Below are positions 23,211-39,967 of a stretch of 64,000 bases of DNA, piece by piece. Source of the DNA: Eledone cirrhosa (lineage: Eukaryota); NCBI GenBank assembly GCA_964016885.1, contig OZ024740.1:55676001-55740000 (forward strand), in the 5' to 3' direction. The position numbers and the translations under genes were made by a program. Within the stretch, counting starts at the first letter, position 1, and every line of letters starts with the position of its first letter. The notes beneath the pieces were generated by a model. The model was not told where the DNA came from. It saw only the letters and a program-made list of their open reading frames with translations, and searched no databases.

Positions 23211-23732
23211 ATAGACCAGACAGGAGTGGATCTGCTGAAATGCATAGGGCTCATGTGCTACTCATGTGATCTTACCGAAAACCAAAGAACACACTTTCTT
23301 CACAACAAAAATGAGCACTCTCGTGTTGCCAATAATAAAATGCAACCGCCATATAGCAACATTGACAAACGAAAGAAGCAGCAACATGGAGCAATGTCGA
23401 GCAAATATATACGATTCATTGGCTGTGTCAACTATAACAAGATGCCTGTGGTTAGCCTGACTTGAAGACAAGCCAAACGTATCTAGCAAAAATATGCAGC
23501 TCTATATGACTCGAAAGTATTGGTTTCCCATGCAGGCAATTAATTAGACCTCGATAGCATAGACCAGATGAGAGTAGATCTGCTGAAAGTTAGAGGGTTC
23601 ATGTGCTACTCGTCTGATATCACCGAACACCAAAGAACATACTTCCTTCACAGACAAAATGAGCTCTCTCGTGTTGCCAACAATAAAATGCAACCACCAT
23701 AAAGCAACGTTGACAACGGAAGCAGCAGCAAC
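23211..23732. repeat. Diverged direct duplication of ~175 bp
   Basis: 23211-23385 aligns with 23559-23732, with no indels over most of its length. Confidence 0.85.
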
Positions 23733-23907
23733 TGCAGCTGCTGCTGAGACAGCGGGCACAAGAGTGCCTTCAGGTGTTTAATCAATCGCATCAACCAAAA
23801 TATCTCTTTTATCGACATCATTTAGTTGAACCCTACGCCAGAAGCATCAATGAACACAATATACTCACAGATACACGCTTCTATATATATATATATATAT
23901 ATATATA

Positions 23908-24104
23908 GGGTGTGATAAGATACCAGGTGGACCATAATGCACCAGAGTACACAATATTTATGGTAGTAGAGTGGGTAATAGGGAAAGAGTCAGGACCCCG
24001 ACATGTGAGCTCCGGCCGTTTCGACAGCTAGATCCGAACTCCTTTCGGATCTAGCTGTCGAAACGGTCAGAGCTCAGCCGTCGGGGTCCTTACTATTTTC
24101 CTAT
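23908..24104 (-). mobile_element. Small asymmetric palindrome made of two HHR 3' halves plus tail, in (TA)n
   Basis: Arms 23978-24038 / 24044-24104. The right arm reads ctgtc-GAAA-cgg...ccg-TC-ggggtcc. Tail 23908-23977. Confidence 0.75.
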
Positions 24105-24137
<33 letters not shown>

Positions 24138-24274
24138 GTAGAAGTTGTATTTAATTTGTTGGATGTACGACAAGGATTAATGTGTATAACTGATTTAGAG
24201 CACTCAACAGTTTACTGGAGTAAATATTCAATAGGATATTAAATAAATAGAAACTATATTTATAAAACCATATT

Positions 24275-24339
24275 TATTTTATTATATATATTTCAAGGAC
24301 AACCAAGACAACATTGGTACGCTTTCATCAGATAAAATA
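24275..24339 (-). ncRNA. Type I hammerhead ribozyme in a PLE-like fragment (~24137-24437)
   Basis: Minus: perfect 8-bp stem I tattttat/ataaaata; CTGATGA; aag...ctt; GAAA; tatata; UA. Confidence 0.82.
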
Positions 24340-24439
24340 CAAAGTTTGTTTTATAAATAGAGACGTACCCATGAAAATCATACCTTATCGGTTGGTAATG
24401 TAATTTACTGGGTAGTCAATTCACTACCCAGTAAATTTC

Positions 24440-25027
24440 CATATTAACGGCTGAGCAGCCTAATTTGCATAACGAGTGAGTTAATCGGCCGGGGTACCGA
24501 AAAGGATAAATGGAAAAATGAAACGAAATTTCATTTCTCACTCTTAGTACGGCTGTTACTTAAATATAAGTATGTATACGTACATACATATATGTATACA
24601 GACATACCCCGGTACCCCGGCTGATTAACTCACTCGATATGCAAATTAGGCTGCTCAGCCGTTAATATGCATAAGGAAAGTATATACTTTCAGACGTTCA
24701 ATCATCTGGCAGGAAGGTATACGTTGCTGACGATAGCTAATAAGCTTGATACTAGTACAGCGTTCCTTTGTCAGAGTTGGACAAATGAGCAACGATGGTA
24801 TCTAGACACTGTACGGCTTAATTCGGGATGTTTGTTTACAAACACACCGAGCATTATAATAAATGTTCGGTGAATCCATACGTACATATATATATGTGTG
24901 CATGTATGTATATATACATACATACTACTGTACATCTGTATTCATATATGTATGTATACATACTTATATTTAAGTAACAGCCGTACTAAGAGTGAGAAAT
25001 GAAATTTCGTTTAATTTTTTCCGTTTA
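24440..25027. repeat. Two interlocked inverted-repeat pairs
   Basis: B 24440-24499 / B' 24610-24669 and C 24506-24579 / C' 24954-25027, in the order B-C-B'-C'. Confidence 0.85.
24722..24762 (+). ncRNA. Minimal hammerhead ribozyme with one core mutation
   Basis: cgttg-CTGACGA-tagc(taataa)gctt-GATA(for GAAA)-ctag-TA-cagcg. Confidence 0.6.
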
Positions 25028-25034
25028 TATATAT

Positions 25035-25453
25035 ATATTGTTATACTTGGGGAGTGTCATATTTGTGTAATAATATTGACAGAATTAATAACAGAACGCA
25101 CTCACTGTTTGGATGGTTTTCGCTTCTATATCGGTTAATTTAATCTATTCGGTCCTGAATATTACCATTGACTGACCAACGGTCAACAATACAGATACAA
25201 TATAGACACAAACACATATATATAGTCTAACAAATTCTTTCGTTGCACATCTGCAACATCGTCAGTGGTGCTATTATGTTTCTTCCTGTTGTATTGTATG
25301 CCTACGCCATCTTTATTTAGTCTGTTTATATATTTATTTATTTATAATATTTATAATATTATTACACAAATATGACACTCCCCAAGTATAACAATATTTG
25401 TCTCGACACACCATTTCATATCGAGAACCTCGCGAAACTAATTCATCGCCGTT

Positions 25454-25456
<3 letters not shown>
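25035..25456 (+). mobile_element. Element with perfect 43-bp inverted repeats plus ~60-nt tail
   Basis: 25035-25077 / 25355-25397; partial HHR core on minus (CTGACGA-tgttgca..tgcaac-GAAA, ~25228-25265). Confidence 0.7.
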
Positions 25457-25526
<70 letters not shown>

Positions 25527-25693
25527 ATTTATGTATCGAGAGAGAGAAAAGAAGGAAGGATAGGTGATACATATAGTTATTTGCCAAGTAGCGTATGCCA
25601 AAGGTGCTCGATACTAGTGCCGGCAGTATTAAATATTTGAAGTGTTAATATCTAGCGGGCTAGAGAGTTAGCAGAGCGTAAGCACGTGGAAAA

Positions 25694-25765
<72 letters not shown>

Positions 25766-25929
25766 CATGTTGAAAAGGCAACACACCAGAGAGAGATATG
25801 CAGTGCGTTATCAATAATACAGGGAAAAAGCCACCATGTATGGAATCTATAACCTATGAAAGGAACACTATAGACACGATAATTAAAAATATAAATTAAA
25901 GCGTAAATAAATACCTCTCTAACTATATA

Positions 25930-26009
25930 ACACACGTACAAATCCAAAGATATGTTTCACCAATAATTTGTTTAAAGAAATGGATTAGTCTCGGTTCATC
26001 AGCGTGTGT
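25930..26009 (-). ncRNA. Type I hammerhead ribozyme, copy 1
   Basis: Minus: acacacg-CTGATGA-acc...ggt-GAAA-catatc(tttg)gatttg-TA-cgtgtgt (GUA site). Confidence 0.87.
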
Positions 26010-26467
26010 AAGGCCATACATTTCAGACAACACTAAGAGAATTTTAAAATTGACTGTCCAGCTACACATGGCAGAGAGAAGTCACAGCGTTTTTAAGGGC
26101 AGTGAACCAGTGGCCCCTGAGGGACGAACTGCTAGAAAGGGCAGCCCAAAGCCACTCAGAGAAGTGTGCTCAACCAAACAGAGACAGGAAAGACTGTTAT
26201 TAGGAGCGAAATATCACGATAAATTAACGGAGGCATAGGCCCTCGCTATTCCCTGTAAATAATGTGCTCAAAGGTGAAGAGATCCAGAGCTCTTTAAAAT
26301 ACATGTTGAAAAGGCAACACACCAGAGAGAGATATATAGTGCATCATCAATAATACAGTGAAAAACACCACCAGTGTATGGAATCTATAACCTATGAAAG
26401 GCAGACTATAGACACGATAATTAAAAATATAAATTAAAGCGCAAATAAATACCTCTATAACTATATA

Positions 26468-26547
26468 ACACACGTACAAATCCAAAGATATGTTTCACCA
26501 ATAATTTGTTGAAAGAAAGGTGTTAGTTCCGGTTCATCAGCGTGTGT
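26468..26547 (-). ncRNA. Type I hammerhead ribozyme, copy 2
   Basis: Same core and stems as copy 1; the differences fall in loop II. Confidence 0.87.
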
Positions 26548-27175
26548 AAGGCTATACATTTCAGACAACACTAAGAGAATTTTAATAGCGTACTGTATAT
26601 ATCTCTCTCTGGTGTGTTGCCTTTTCAACATGTTGTATTTTAAAGAGCTCAGGATCTCTTCTCCTTTGAGCACATTATTTACAGGGAATAGCGAGGGCCT
26701 ATGCCTCCGTTAATTTATCGGTATATATATATATATATATATATATATGTAACGGCGATGAATTATATATATATATGATATATGATCGCGCGTGTGTGTG
26801 TGTTTATACGCGTGCTTTCATACTTGTATGTGTGTATATTTCATTCCTTAATACCTGTATTTGGATGTACGTTAACTCTATTATCTTAAAATTCCTTTTT
26901 CAACACATATTATATACGTATTTGTGGTCACACATACACTGATATGCTTGCCCTCATATATGTACTTACGCACATATTTTTTCACTATACACGTGCATTT
27001 GTATATACACAAATATGTACATTTGTGAGTGAATATACACACATTTATACACATACCCTAACTATATTTCCGTATTTTTTTATATATCTCTTGCATTACT
27101 TTTATTTATATTTTCTTTGCCCGTTAAACTTTTGCCTTTCTTGGTGAGATTTTTCAAATATTTCACTATGTTTTA

Positions 27176-27253
27176 AATTGCCTTATCCGACGAACGAATG
27201 AGGACGTTTTTCGTATTCGTCTTATTCGGGAAACCTCTGGTAATGAGGTAATT
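27176..27253 (+). ncRNA. Type I hammerhead ribozyme (CCGACGA core variant)
   Basis: 11-bp stem I aattgccttat/atgaggtaatt; stem II cgaatgag-gacg...cgtc-ttattcg; GAAA; cc(tct)gg; GUA; TA tract ~15 nt downstream. Confidence 0.75.
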
Positions 27254-27263
27254 ATATTGTATT

Positions 27264-27328
<65 letters not shown>

Positions 27329-27467
27329 TATATATATATAAGCAAGTTTTGCACAAAGAAGTTTATAGACTTCGACGAGAAGTGAGAGTAAGTATTTATT
27401 GGCTTTAACATATGTTTCTCTATCTATTATAATAGTCTAGATATACTGACTACAATATATATTGTAA

Positions 27468-27545
27468 TGAAGGTCCGTGGTTGAGTGGTTAGAGAATTGA
27501 AAAATCGGGAGGTAGTGAGTTTGATTCCAGGACTGGGAGATTGGA
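27468..27545 (+). mobile_element. tRNA-like SINE head fragment
   Basis: tgaaggtccgtggttgagtggttagag...gagtttgattcc. Confidence 0.6.
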
Positions 27546-27606
27546 AAGAAATGAAGCATAATTGTTGATCGAGCACTATGAAATCCTCCAAATACAATGT
27601 GTACTA

Positions 27607-27785
27607 TAATTGTTTTTACTTTTGGCACAAGGCCGCCAATTATCCTAGTGTATTACTGGTGTATTATTTTATCGACCCCGTAAGGGTGAAGGGCAGAGTT
27701 AACCTCGGTGGTATTTTAACTCAGACCGTAAAGGGACGTAACTCTATACTGCAAAGCATGGCTCATATCTTCTACCGAAACTGCC
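27607..27785 (-). mobile_element. SINE family A
   Basis: Reverse complement of the 29390-29580 family. Confidence 0.85.
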
Positions 27786-28703
27786 CGTGTACTATAATAC
27801 AATCAGATGCACACAGGTGATACGCAGGAATGCCGGCACGAGCTTACATGTATACATGCGTCCTTACATATTTATACTCACATTTACGCATATTCAAAAC
27901 TACACACACATAACACACATACACGCACACACACCATAAATATATTTACAAACATATATGTCCTGATATATACACATGCATCTATACATATACGATAAAC
28001 CAGCCACTCATGCACGTTTGCGCCAGTGCGTGTGTTTTTACCCTCATACAACGGCAGTCTCAAAATATACAACGAAAAAAAAGAAGACTATCTTCAATTT
28101 CGCCGAGGTCTTCCCCTAAAGATCCCCACAGATAATGGATGTTAAATCCGAGATATTGGAACTAATATATTACTAAAGTAACAATCATGTTTTCTTTCCT
28201 TTTTATTTTACTCCTGCCACATTTTGCTTTCCACATCAAAACTCAATTCACTTGCGACTTCAGTAATCAGAATAGACAATACTCTTTCCTATAGAAACTT
28301 CGTCACTGTAAAGCTACTTATGGAATATCAGCGCAAATATAATAATATATCTATACCTTTTTCTTGAAAGCTTGGTAAAGGAATACTGGAAACAATTTTC
28401 GATATTCATACAATTAACGCCCCAAAGATGATTTATCAAATTTGTGCTGAGCATTCGAGATGAAACAAGATAGGAGAAACGTTCCCTCTCGCACACACAC
28501 ACACATACACACACATATACAAATGTCTATATAAATGTCTATATACATATACACTTCACATTTGTATAGAAATATACATGCACATATTTGTGAACGTTGA
28601 TGTTATATCCATTTTGTTGCTGCTGTGGTTGTTAGTTCATTTGTTAACATCATGCGTATATATATATATGCATGTATGTATATATATACACACACACACC
28701 ACA

Positions 28704-28753
<50 letters not shown>

Positions 28754-29389
28754 TATATATATGTGTGTGTGTGTGTGTATGTATATATATATAAAGTCTT
28801 CGAAAATAATACTCTTTAAACATAATTAAATAAATACTGTTTTGGCTTCTTCATTAATTATTTTTCGTTCACCCTTCATACGCAATTATAGAGAGCTCCC
28901 GACAATTGCCGCCATCTTGTTTCTCGCCATATTGTGTACTTGTCTTCGTATGCATTCCGCTGCAATTAAATCATCATTTGCAGCTTTCCTTTTTATTAAT
29001 CCTGATGCATCTTCCACCACCCCATATATCGTCTTATACTAACAGATCCTATTACACTTTTCCTCCGCTAACAAACTTAATCCTATTAGAGAAGCTAAGA
29101 GTTTGCAGACCCATTTCTCCCAAGAACTACTTTCCTTTACGTATAATTATGTTATTCTGCCCTATTTACTTTCATTTACAATCGCTTATGTTATATGTAT
29201 TTTTTTAGCTATTTTCTTCTCCTTATAAACATCAACATATTCACAATTATTCGGAACAATGTATATATTCGGTGTTAGATACTTGCTTTACATAGCTATT
29301 CTCTTGATTTCACATTTTGAATAATAACATGGGATCTTTCAATGTAAATATATTTTATAATATAGTCAGCAGTATTGTATATCATTATT

Positions 29390-29580
29390 AGGTGGATTGG
29401 CAGTATCGGTGGAGGGTCGGACGCCATGCTTTCCAGCATAGTTACGTCCCTTTACGATCTGAGTTCAAATCCCGCCGAGGTTGACTTTGCTTTTCATCCT
29501 TACGGGGTCGATAAAATAAAGTACCAGTAATGTACTGGTTAATTGCTGGCCTTGTGCCTAAAAGTAGAAACAATTATTAT
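29390..29580 (+). mobile_element. SINE family A, full length
   Basis: tRNA-like head with B-box GAGTTCAAATCC, central tttcatccttacggggtcgataaaataaagtaccag, (ATT)n end; more than 10 copies or fragments in the window. Confidence 0.9.
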
Positions 29581-29755
29581 CAAGTATGACATATGTAAAC
29601 TGTGGAATATATTCAATGTACATTGTTTTACAATAATACATAGCTGCTACTTTCTATTACAAAGTTTGTAACTATTTTTAATAGATGCTTCGTAAATTAT
29701 TATCTTCATTATACATAACCAACAATAGTATAGCAAATTTTATACACACACACAG

Positions 29756-29790
<35 letters not shown>

Positions 29791-29844
29791 ATAGATAGAC
29801 AGATACATACATACTTACACACACATATATATATAGAGAGTGAC

Positions 29845-29875
<31 letters not shown>

Positions 29876-30164
29876 CACATATACATACATACACACACAT
29901 ATATATGATATTATAAAGATCTCAATACAAATGCATGCTACCTAAGGCATCAAACTTCAACCAGCATATGACACAGACCTTCTATATCCGGTAGTTTATT
30001 TAACTACCATATATAGGATGTGTGTGTGAGCAAGTGTGTTTCCGTGTGTGTTTACTTATCTTCAACATGCAGCATGGAGTACCTTAGACCATATTGAATT
30101 GCACATGTTTAACACATGCAATGTTGTCCTCGTAACGTAATTATTGCATCTTTGAAGAACTCAC

Positions 30165-30287
30165 TGTTGCAAAGCTTTCCTTTATTGAGTCTGGATTAGA
30201 AAAAATGTCAATAGCAACGACAGCGTCAGGAAATATACTGGATACTATGAAAATATATAGAAATGCTTTAAAAAATTGGTAGCACAT
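30165..30287 (-). CDS. Candidate exon, hydrophobic peptide
   Basis: Acceptor tttgcag, donor aca|gtgagt, 123 nt: MCYQFFKAFLYIFIVSSIFPDAVVAIDIFSNPDSIKESFAT. Confidence 0.35.
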
Positions 30288-30369
30288 CTGCAAACAATAT
30301 ACACACACACACACGCTCATAAACACACACACACACTCACACATACACTCACACACACACACACACGTA

Positions 30370-30430
30370 CTATCCATGCTAGCGTGGAAAATAGACGTTA
30401 AACGATGGCGATGATGATGAAGATGATGAC
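30370..30430 (+). mobile_element. Retroposon 3' tail fragment ending in (GAT)n
   Basis: ccatgctagcgtggaaaatagacgttaaacgatggcgatgatgatg resembles a recalled octopus retroposon end. Confidence 0.5.
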
Positions 30431-30703
30431 AGTATCAGGGAACAAGCCAACTGTTACTACCACCAAACCAGCAACGAGGAGGGAGAGAGAAAGAGATAAG
30501 CGAAAATGTGAAATTTTATATATGTAAACTATGTTCTCTAATACCCTCTTGTAATTAATATACACCTTAATTTTATTATATACTTTTTATCATATTTCAT
30601 ATTTCCTGTAGCATGAAGAAGCCGAAATAATTATCGGCTGAAACTGGTACGATAAATGATGTTTAGCGGTTATTCTATGAGAAAATCCTATCAGCATTAT
30701 ATA

Positions 30704-30735
<32 letters not shown>

Positions 30736-30736
30736 C

Positions 30737-30768
<32 letters not shown>

Positions 30769-30931
30769 TCGAAAATGGAGAACTGAAGACATTCGGACCT
30801 TTTTCTGTAGAACAATTGTTTTCCATTTCTTCTTCTAACTACCTTCTTTTTAATTGTTATTTATTTTTCGTTCCTGGTGAAGGACGAATGTTCAAAATGT
30901 TATGACTCTTTGCCTACTATATCAGGCGTTA

Positions 30932-31122
30932 AAATAATTGTTTCTACTTTAGGTACAAGGCCAGCAATAACCCAGTGCATCACTGGTACTTTATTTTATC
31001 GACCCCGTAAGGATGAAAGGCAAAGTCAACCTCGGCGGGATTTGAACTCAGATGGTAAAGGGACGTAACTATGCTGGAAAGCATGGCGTCCGACCCTCTA
31101 CCGATACTGCCAATCCACCGCC
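30932..31122 (-). mobile_element. SINE family A, full length
   Basis: Near-identical reverse complement of 29390-29580. Confidence 0.9.
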
Positions 31123-31226
31123 CTTGGCAGTAAAAATAATTTATATCTTTCCCACAAATTTATGCCAGGCACTTAAGTGAACATAAATATATACCTACCT
31201 ACCTAACTTCACGCGCTCACAAACGT

Positions 31227-35664
<4,438 letters not shown>

Positions 35665-35810
35665 CGTTTGTGAGCACGTGAAGTTAGGTAGGTAGGTATA
35701 TATTTACGTTAACTTAAGTGCCTGGCATAAATTTGTGGGACATAAATATGATTTTGCTAAGAATGCATTTATTCTCTACTGTTCCCTTTTAAAATGTTTA
35801 TATATATACA

Positions 35811-35928
<118 letters not shown>

Positions 35929-36295
35929 GTATTGCTTGTATTTGTGAGTTTCTCTGCGCCCACATTAATGTTACTCTACATCTCATTATGTAATTAGTTA
36001 TGTCTACAAATTGAAGCTAAAATTCGTAAACTACTTCCAATATTCATATCCTCTGTGAACTTTAGAATTAATACAGAAATTACATTAACATCTGCAATTG
36101 GCAGACATTCCAAATCACTTCAGAAATAATTAAAAATCAAATGATGATAAAAGCCTCAATGGATGGAAAAATTTAATCAAGCCGTTTCGACAAAAGTAAT
36201 ATAAACAAATTAAAGCTAGTTTCATATTTTCAGTTTTATCTGCGATTTGTTTCTCCCCACTCGAGTGGCGTGAAACACAATATTAAAACACTCAC

Positions 36296-36380
36296 GAAAA
36301 AAAATTAAAGCAAAAAGTGTAAACAAAAACATCTACAACTACGAAGTGCCGAAATGCAAGAAACATTAGCGATAATAATG
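36296..36380 (-). CDS. Candidate exon, hydrophobic peptide
   Basis: Strong acceptor ttctgtttcttttttgtag and donor tc|gtgagt; one open frame LLSLMFLAFRHFVVVDVFVYTFCFNFF. Confidence 0.3.
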
Positions 36381-37377
36381 CTACAAAAAAAGAAACAGAA
36401 TATTTCCATTAAGTGCTCCCATAATTATAAACTCTCTAAATTCCTTGATTCTTGTAGATGTTTGAAAATTAAATATGTTCCTGTGAAATGCATTAAATCG
36501 TATTCTCTGAATCGTCGTGTCATTTATTCTTCCATGCTTTTGTTTCAGTTCATTAGTTACGTTCTCCGCAATGAAACGGAGAAATAGACTAAGGCAAATG
36601 TCGAGATCATTTTAGAAACACAGTCTTTAGTAAACTATTTAAATTCAATGGCAGAATTGTTTCTCTTTGATTGGAAATTTATTTCATAATCTAAACTATT
36701 TACCTATTATGTGTAATTCTTTCATTCAGCTTGCTACATTATTGAATTTCAACGGCTAAATTGTTTACCTTGTAAGCTTAAATTGTTTTACTTTAATCAC
36801 GCAATTCTTTCATTACGAACATCTAATTTCTAACTTCAATGTACACATTGCTTTGTTTTGAAACGTAAATTATATAATTCTACGGACTAAATTGTTTAAT
36901 TCTAATCTATAAATAGTTTTTTTCTCTTGATTGTCAAATGCTTGTGATTTCGAAGGCTAAACTGTTCAACAAGTATGCATATATTGCTTCAATTATTAGG
37001 TGAATTATTCTATTTCAAAGCTTAGATTATTTAACATGCACGAATAAATTGTTTCACGTTCAGTAAATTATTTAATTTTGTAAGATTTCGGATATAAATT
37101 TGTTTTGAATAAAAATCCTTCGGAAGAGCTTAGTTTAAGAATTCTCTCCCCGAAACTAAGTGAGGGTAAGTACATATAATGTTTTTGATGCAAAGCAAAC
37201 AACAAATGTTCACCTTATATCTCAGATGAGACGCCGTCATGTATTTGGCTGCTACCATTTTCTAAACATTGTAATATATAATGTATACAAAAATATGTTT
37301 AAATATTACTGAAGAATCGATTAATTTCATAAGTTATACAAAATCATTTTAAGGATCTCTTAATTGAACACAATTAA

Positions 37378-37480
37378 AGGTTAACTTTACCTTTCATCCC
37401 TATGTGGTCGATAAAATAAAGCACCAGTAATGCACTGGGATAATTGCTGGCCTTGTGCCAAAAGTAGAATCAATTATTAC
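37378..37480 (+). mobile_element. SINE family A, 3' fragment
   Basis: Matches the family consensus seen in this window. Confidence 0.8.
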
Positions 37481-38537
37481 ATATATGTAACGAAGGAATA
37501 TCGATTGCAATTATTTGTCTTTTTAGACTGGAATAATAAATGTTAAATTTTCCAAGTACATGTTTGAACTAAGAAGTTAGAGGAAATTGTTTTTTTATAA
37601 ACCAGTAAACAGTAGTTATATCTAGTCCTAATAGTAGAGCGTTTATTCCTAATTATATTCTTGTGAAACTGATGTTCAGATACTTCAGTAAATTAAAAGA
37701 ACATATATGCCAGTCACAGATAGTCCAAGCAATGTTTATCCTCTTCTTGCTAAAACTATGAGAGGAAGATTTAATTCTCGATTTACTATAATAACCAGGT
37801 ATGATTAGTAAAGAGTATATCGAGTTGCAGAAGACAGATGCAGAGACCAAACCAATAGGACTCGTAATTACTTAACGTATAATATTGATATTACATGTTT
37901 TGCTGTTACATGCTCAGAGAAGATTCTTTATGGCGGACTTTCCTCATTAACTCCGTGATGAAGGGAAATGACCAGAAACATGTTACATGTTCCTCGATGC
38001 TACTGTTGAACAATCGGATGAAGATAGTCATCAAAAACAAAACATAACATAATGAGGCCTTTTGCTTGCAAACGAATCGAATATTATTAATATTATTATT
38101 CGATATATCCCATATTTATTCGTTTATTACGAAATTGGATTACATAGTTGTCTCCCCTTGTCACTTAATTAGAATTAGTGAGTAAAAATAACGAGTCTTT
38201 TCGTTTTCAGTGCGGGAGTAAATTAAATAGAATAAGGAATTAGCGTGCACACAGTGTCTATGTAATTACAACACAGATGGTACCAGTCGTGCTACTGCCA
38301 CCTAAAATCGTCATGGAAATTTTAGATATCAGTGATTTCTATCATTAGCGAAGGATCATAAATTGACTATCACCCATATATGAGTCCCCATTATATATTT
38401 AAGTACCCATAGAACAGTTCGCGCTAGTGGAATTTGTCGATACAAACCTAAATGCTGTTATACATGTAGACCGATGTTATCCCGCATTTACTTGGCTACT
38501 ATTTTAGTAGAAATATTTCTGACCTTATTTTTTTTTG

Positions 38538-38673
38538 AGGCCCCACTCGTTCACGAATGACCATGGTTTCGCACCTAGAAAGTTTCCCTCCGAGGCATAA
38601 GTCTGAGCAAGGTTTGTTTTGTGGAATACCTGTAGTTGTCCATGCATACCAGTCTCCCCTCTCCACGCCACCA
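38538..38673 (-). mobile_element. 3' part of a CORE-type SINE
   Basis: Reverse complement resembles 42825-42920. Confidence 0.7.
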
Positions 38674-39786
38674 TATTCTTTTGTAAGGCAGGAATTGACG
38701 AAGATGATATATACTATGTCGTAGTGGGAATCATATGTCTACTTATTTGAAAACAATTGCTGATCGATCTGTGATATATTTAGATATGTAGTAATATTTA
38801 GGAAATATATAAAGAAATAGTAGCATAGGAGGTTAGGAAATGTTTTGATAAATTTTACGGTTCCCATGTGGAAACCAATGCGTGGCTTCTTATTCATGTG
38901 TCTTGTACCGTAGCCTCCGTTCAGCTGGTGCCTTGTGAGAGAAATTTGGGTACTACTTACACCTTCATTCAAAGAGTGCCGCTCTGTTTATCGGACCCGA
39001 CAGGGTTTCATTTATTTAAATGATCTCGAGATTTATGAGATGCACATATATTTTTATTTTAAATTCACCTTTTTTTGGAACCCATGTGTCTAAAGAAAAA
39101 AGGGTTAATTTTAAAGATTTTCCCGTCAGATATTTACTGATTTTACAAATAATAACGTGAGGATAATATATAACTATCTATTCATTTCGTAAAGACCGTC
39201 TTCAGTTTATATTCTATAATGATTTTTCGTGTATTATATCATCAATGATTGGCTTGAGGGCATAAAGTACAGGTAAATATTTCATGCAAACATATTCTGA
39301 ACTTCCGAGAAATAAAACTAGGCATTTATAGAGAAGATACATTGCTCATAAAAATTTACAGCTCGAAGGGAAAAATATTAGTTAATTTAAGAGAAATAAA
39401 AAAAAACATAGTGATAATATATATTTTTATTGAAAGTTATATTAAAAAAGAGATAATCGACTTAATCTCTCGTACTTTATTATTTATATATAATCTTAGA
39501 AAACTAAAAAACTATATAGCTATGTACTGCATTTTCTCCCACAGGAAACAGAAGAGCGACAAACATATACACGTATACCATAAATATTGTTTTTTCTGTA
39601 TTCGATAATATATATGTATATATATACTGAAGTAAAAGTTAAGTGGACATATCCAAGGGTACGAGCACTCAGTCCATAGGACGAGTTTAGTATAAATATT
39701 TACAACATAAATAATTACAACCCAACGAAACTTGAGTACCTGTTTATGTAACTGTTGCAATTATATATATATATATATATATATAT

Positions 39787-39967
39787 GTTTTAATATAGAA
39801 GAGATTCTACAGGACTAGAACTGTTTCATTCATTAGAAATCATCAGATTTCTAATGAATGAAACAGTTCTAGTCCTGTAGAATCTCTTCTATATTAAAAC
39901 TGTTATACTCTGCTATGTATTGAGTACCTTACTTACTGTGGTTACCTCCGATTCAACCCGGAATAAC

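Larger units (their letters stand above)
25759..26721 (-). mobile_element. Retrozyme-like non-coding element: ~1.5 tandem units of 538 bp plus an inverted segment, in (TA)n
   Basis: 25759-26046 is repeated at 26295-26585; 26590-26720 is the reverse complement of ~26217-26343; two complete HHRs. Confidence 0.85.

Noticed and set aside
37890-37992. Cluster of ACATGT motifs resembling p53 half-sites
   Set aside because: Each mismatches RRRCWWGYYY and could arise by chance in AT-rich DNA.
39160-39215. HHR-like CTGAAGA...GAAA on the minus strand
   Set aside because: Stems II and III do not pair convincingly.
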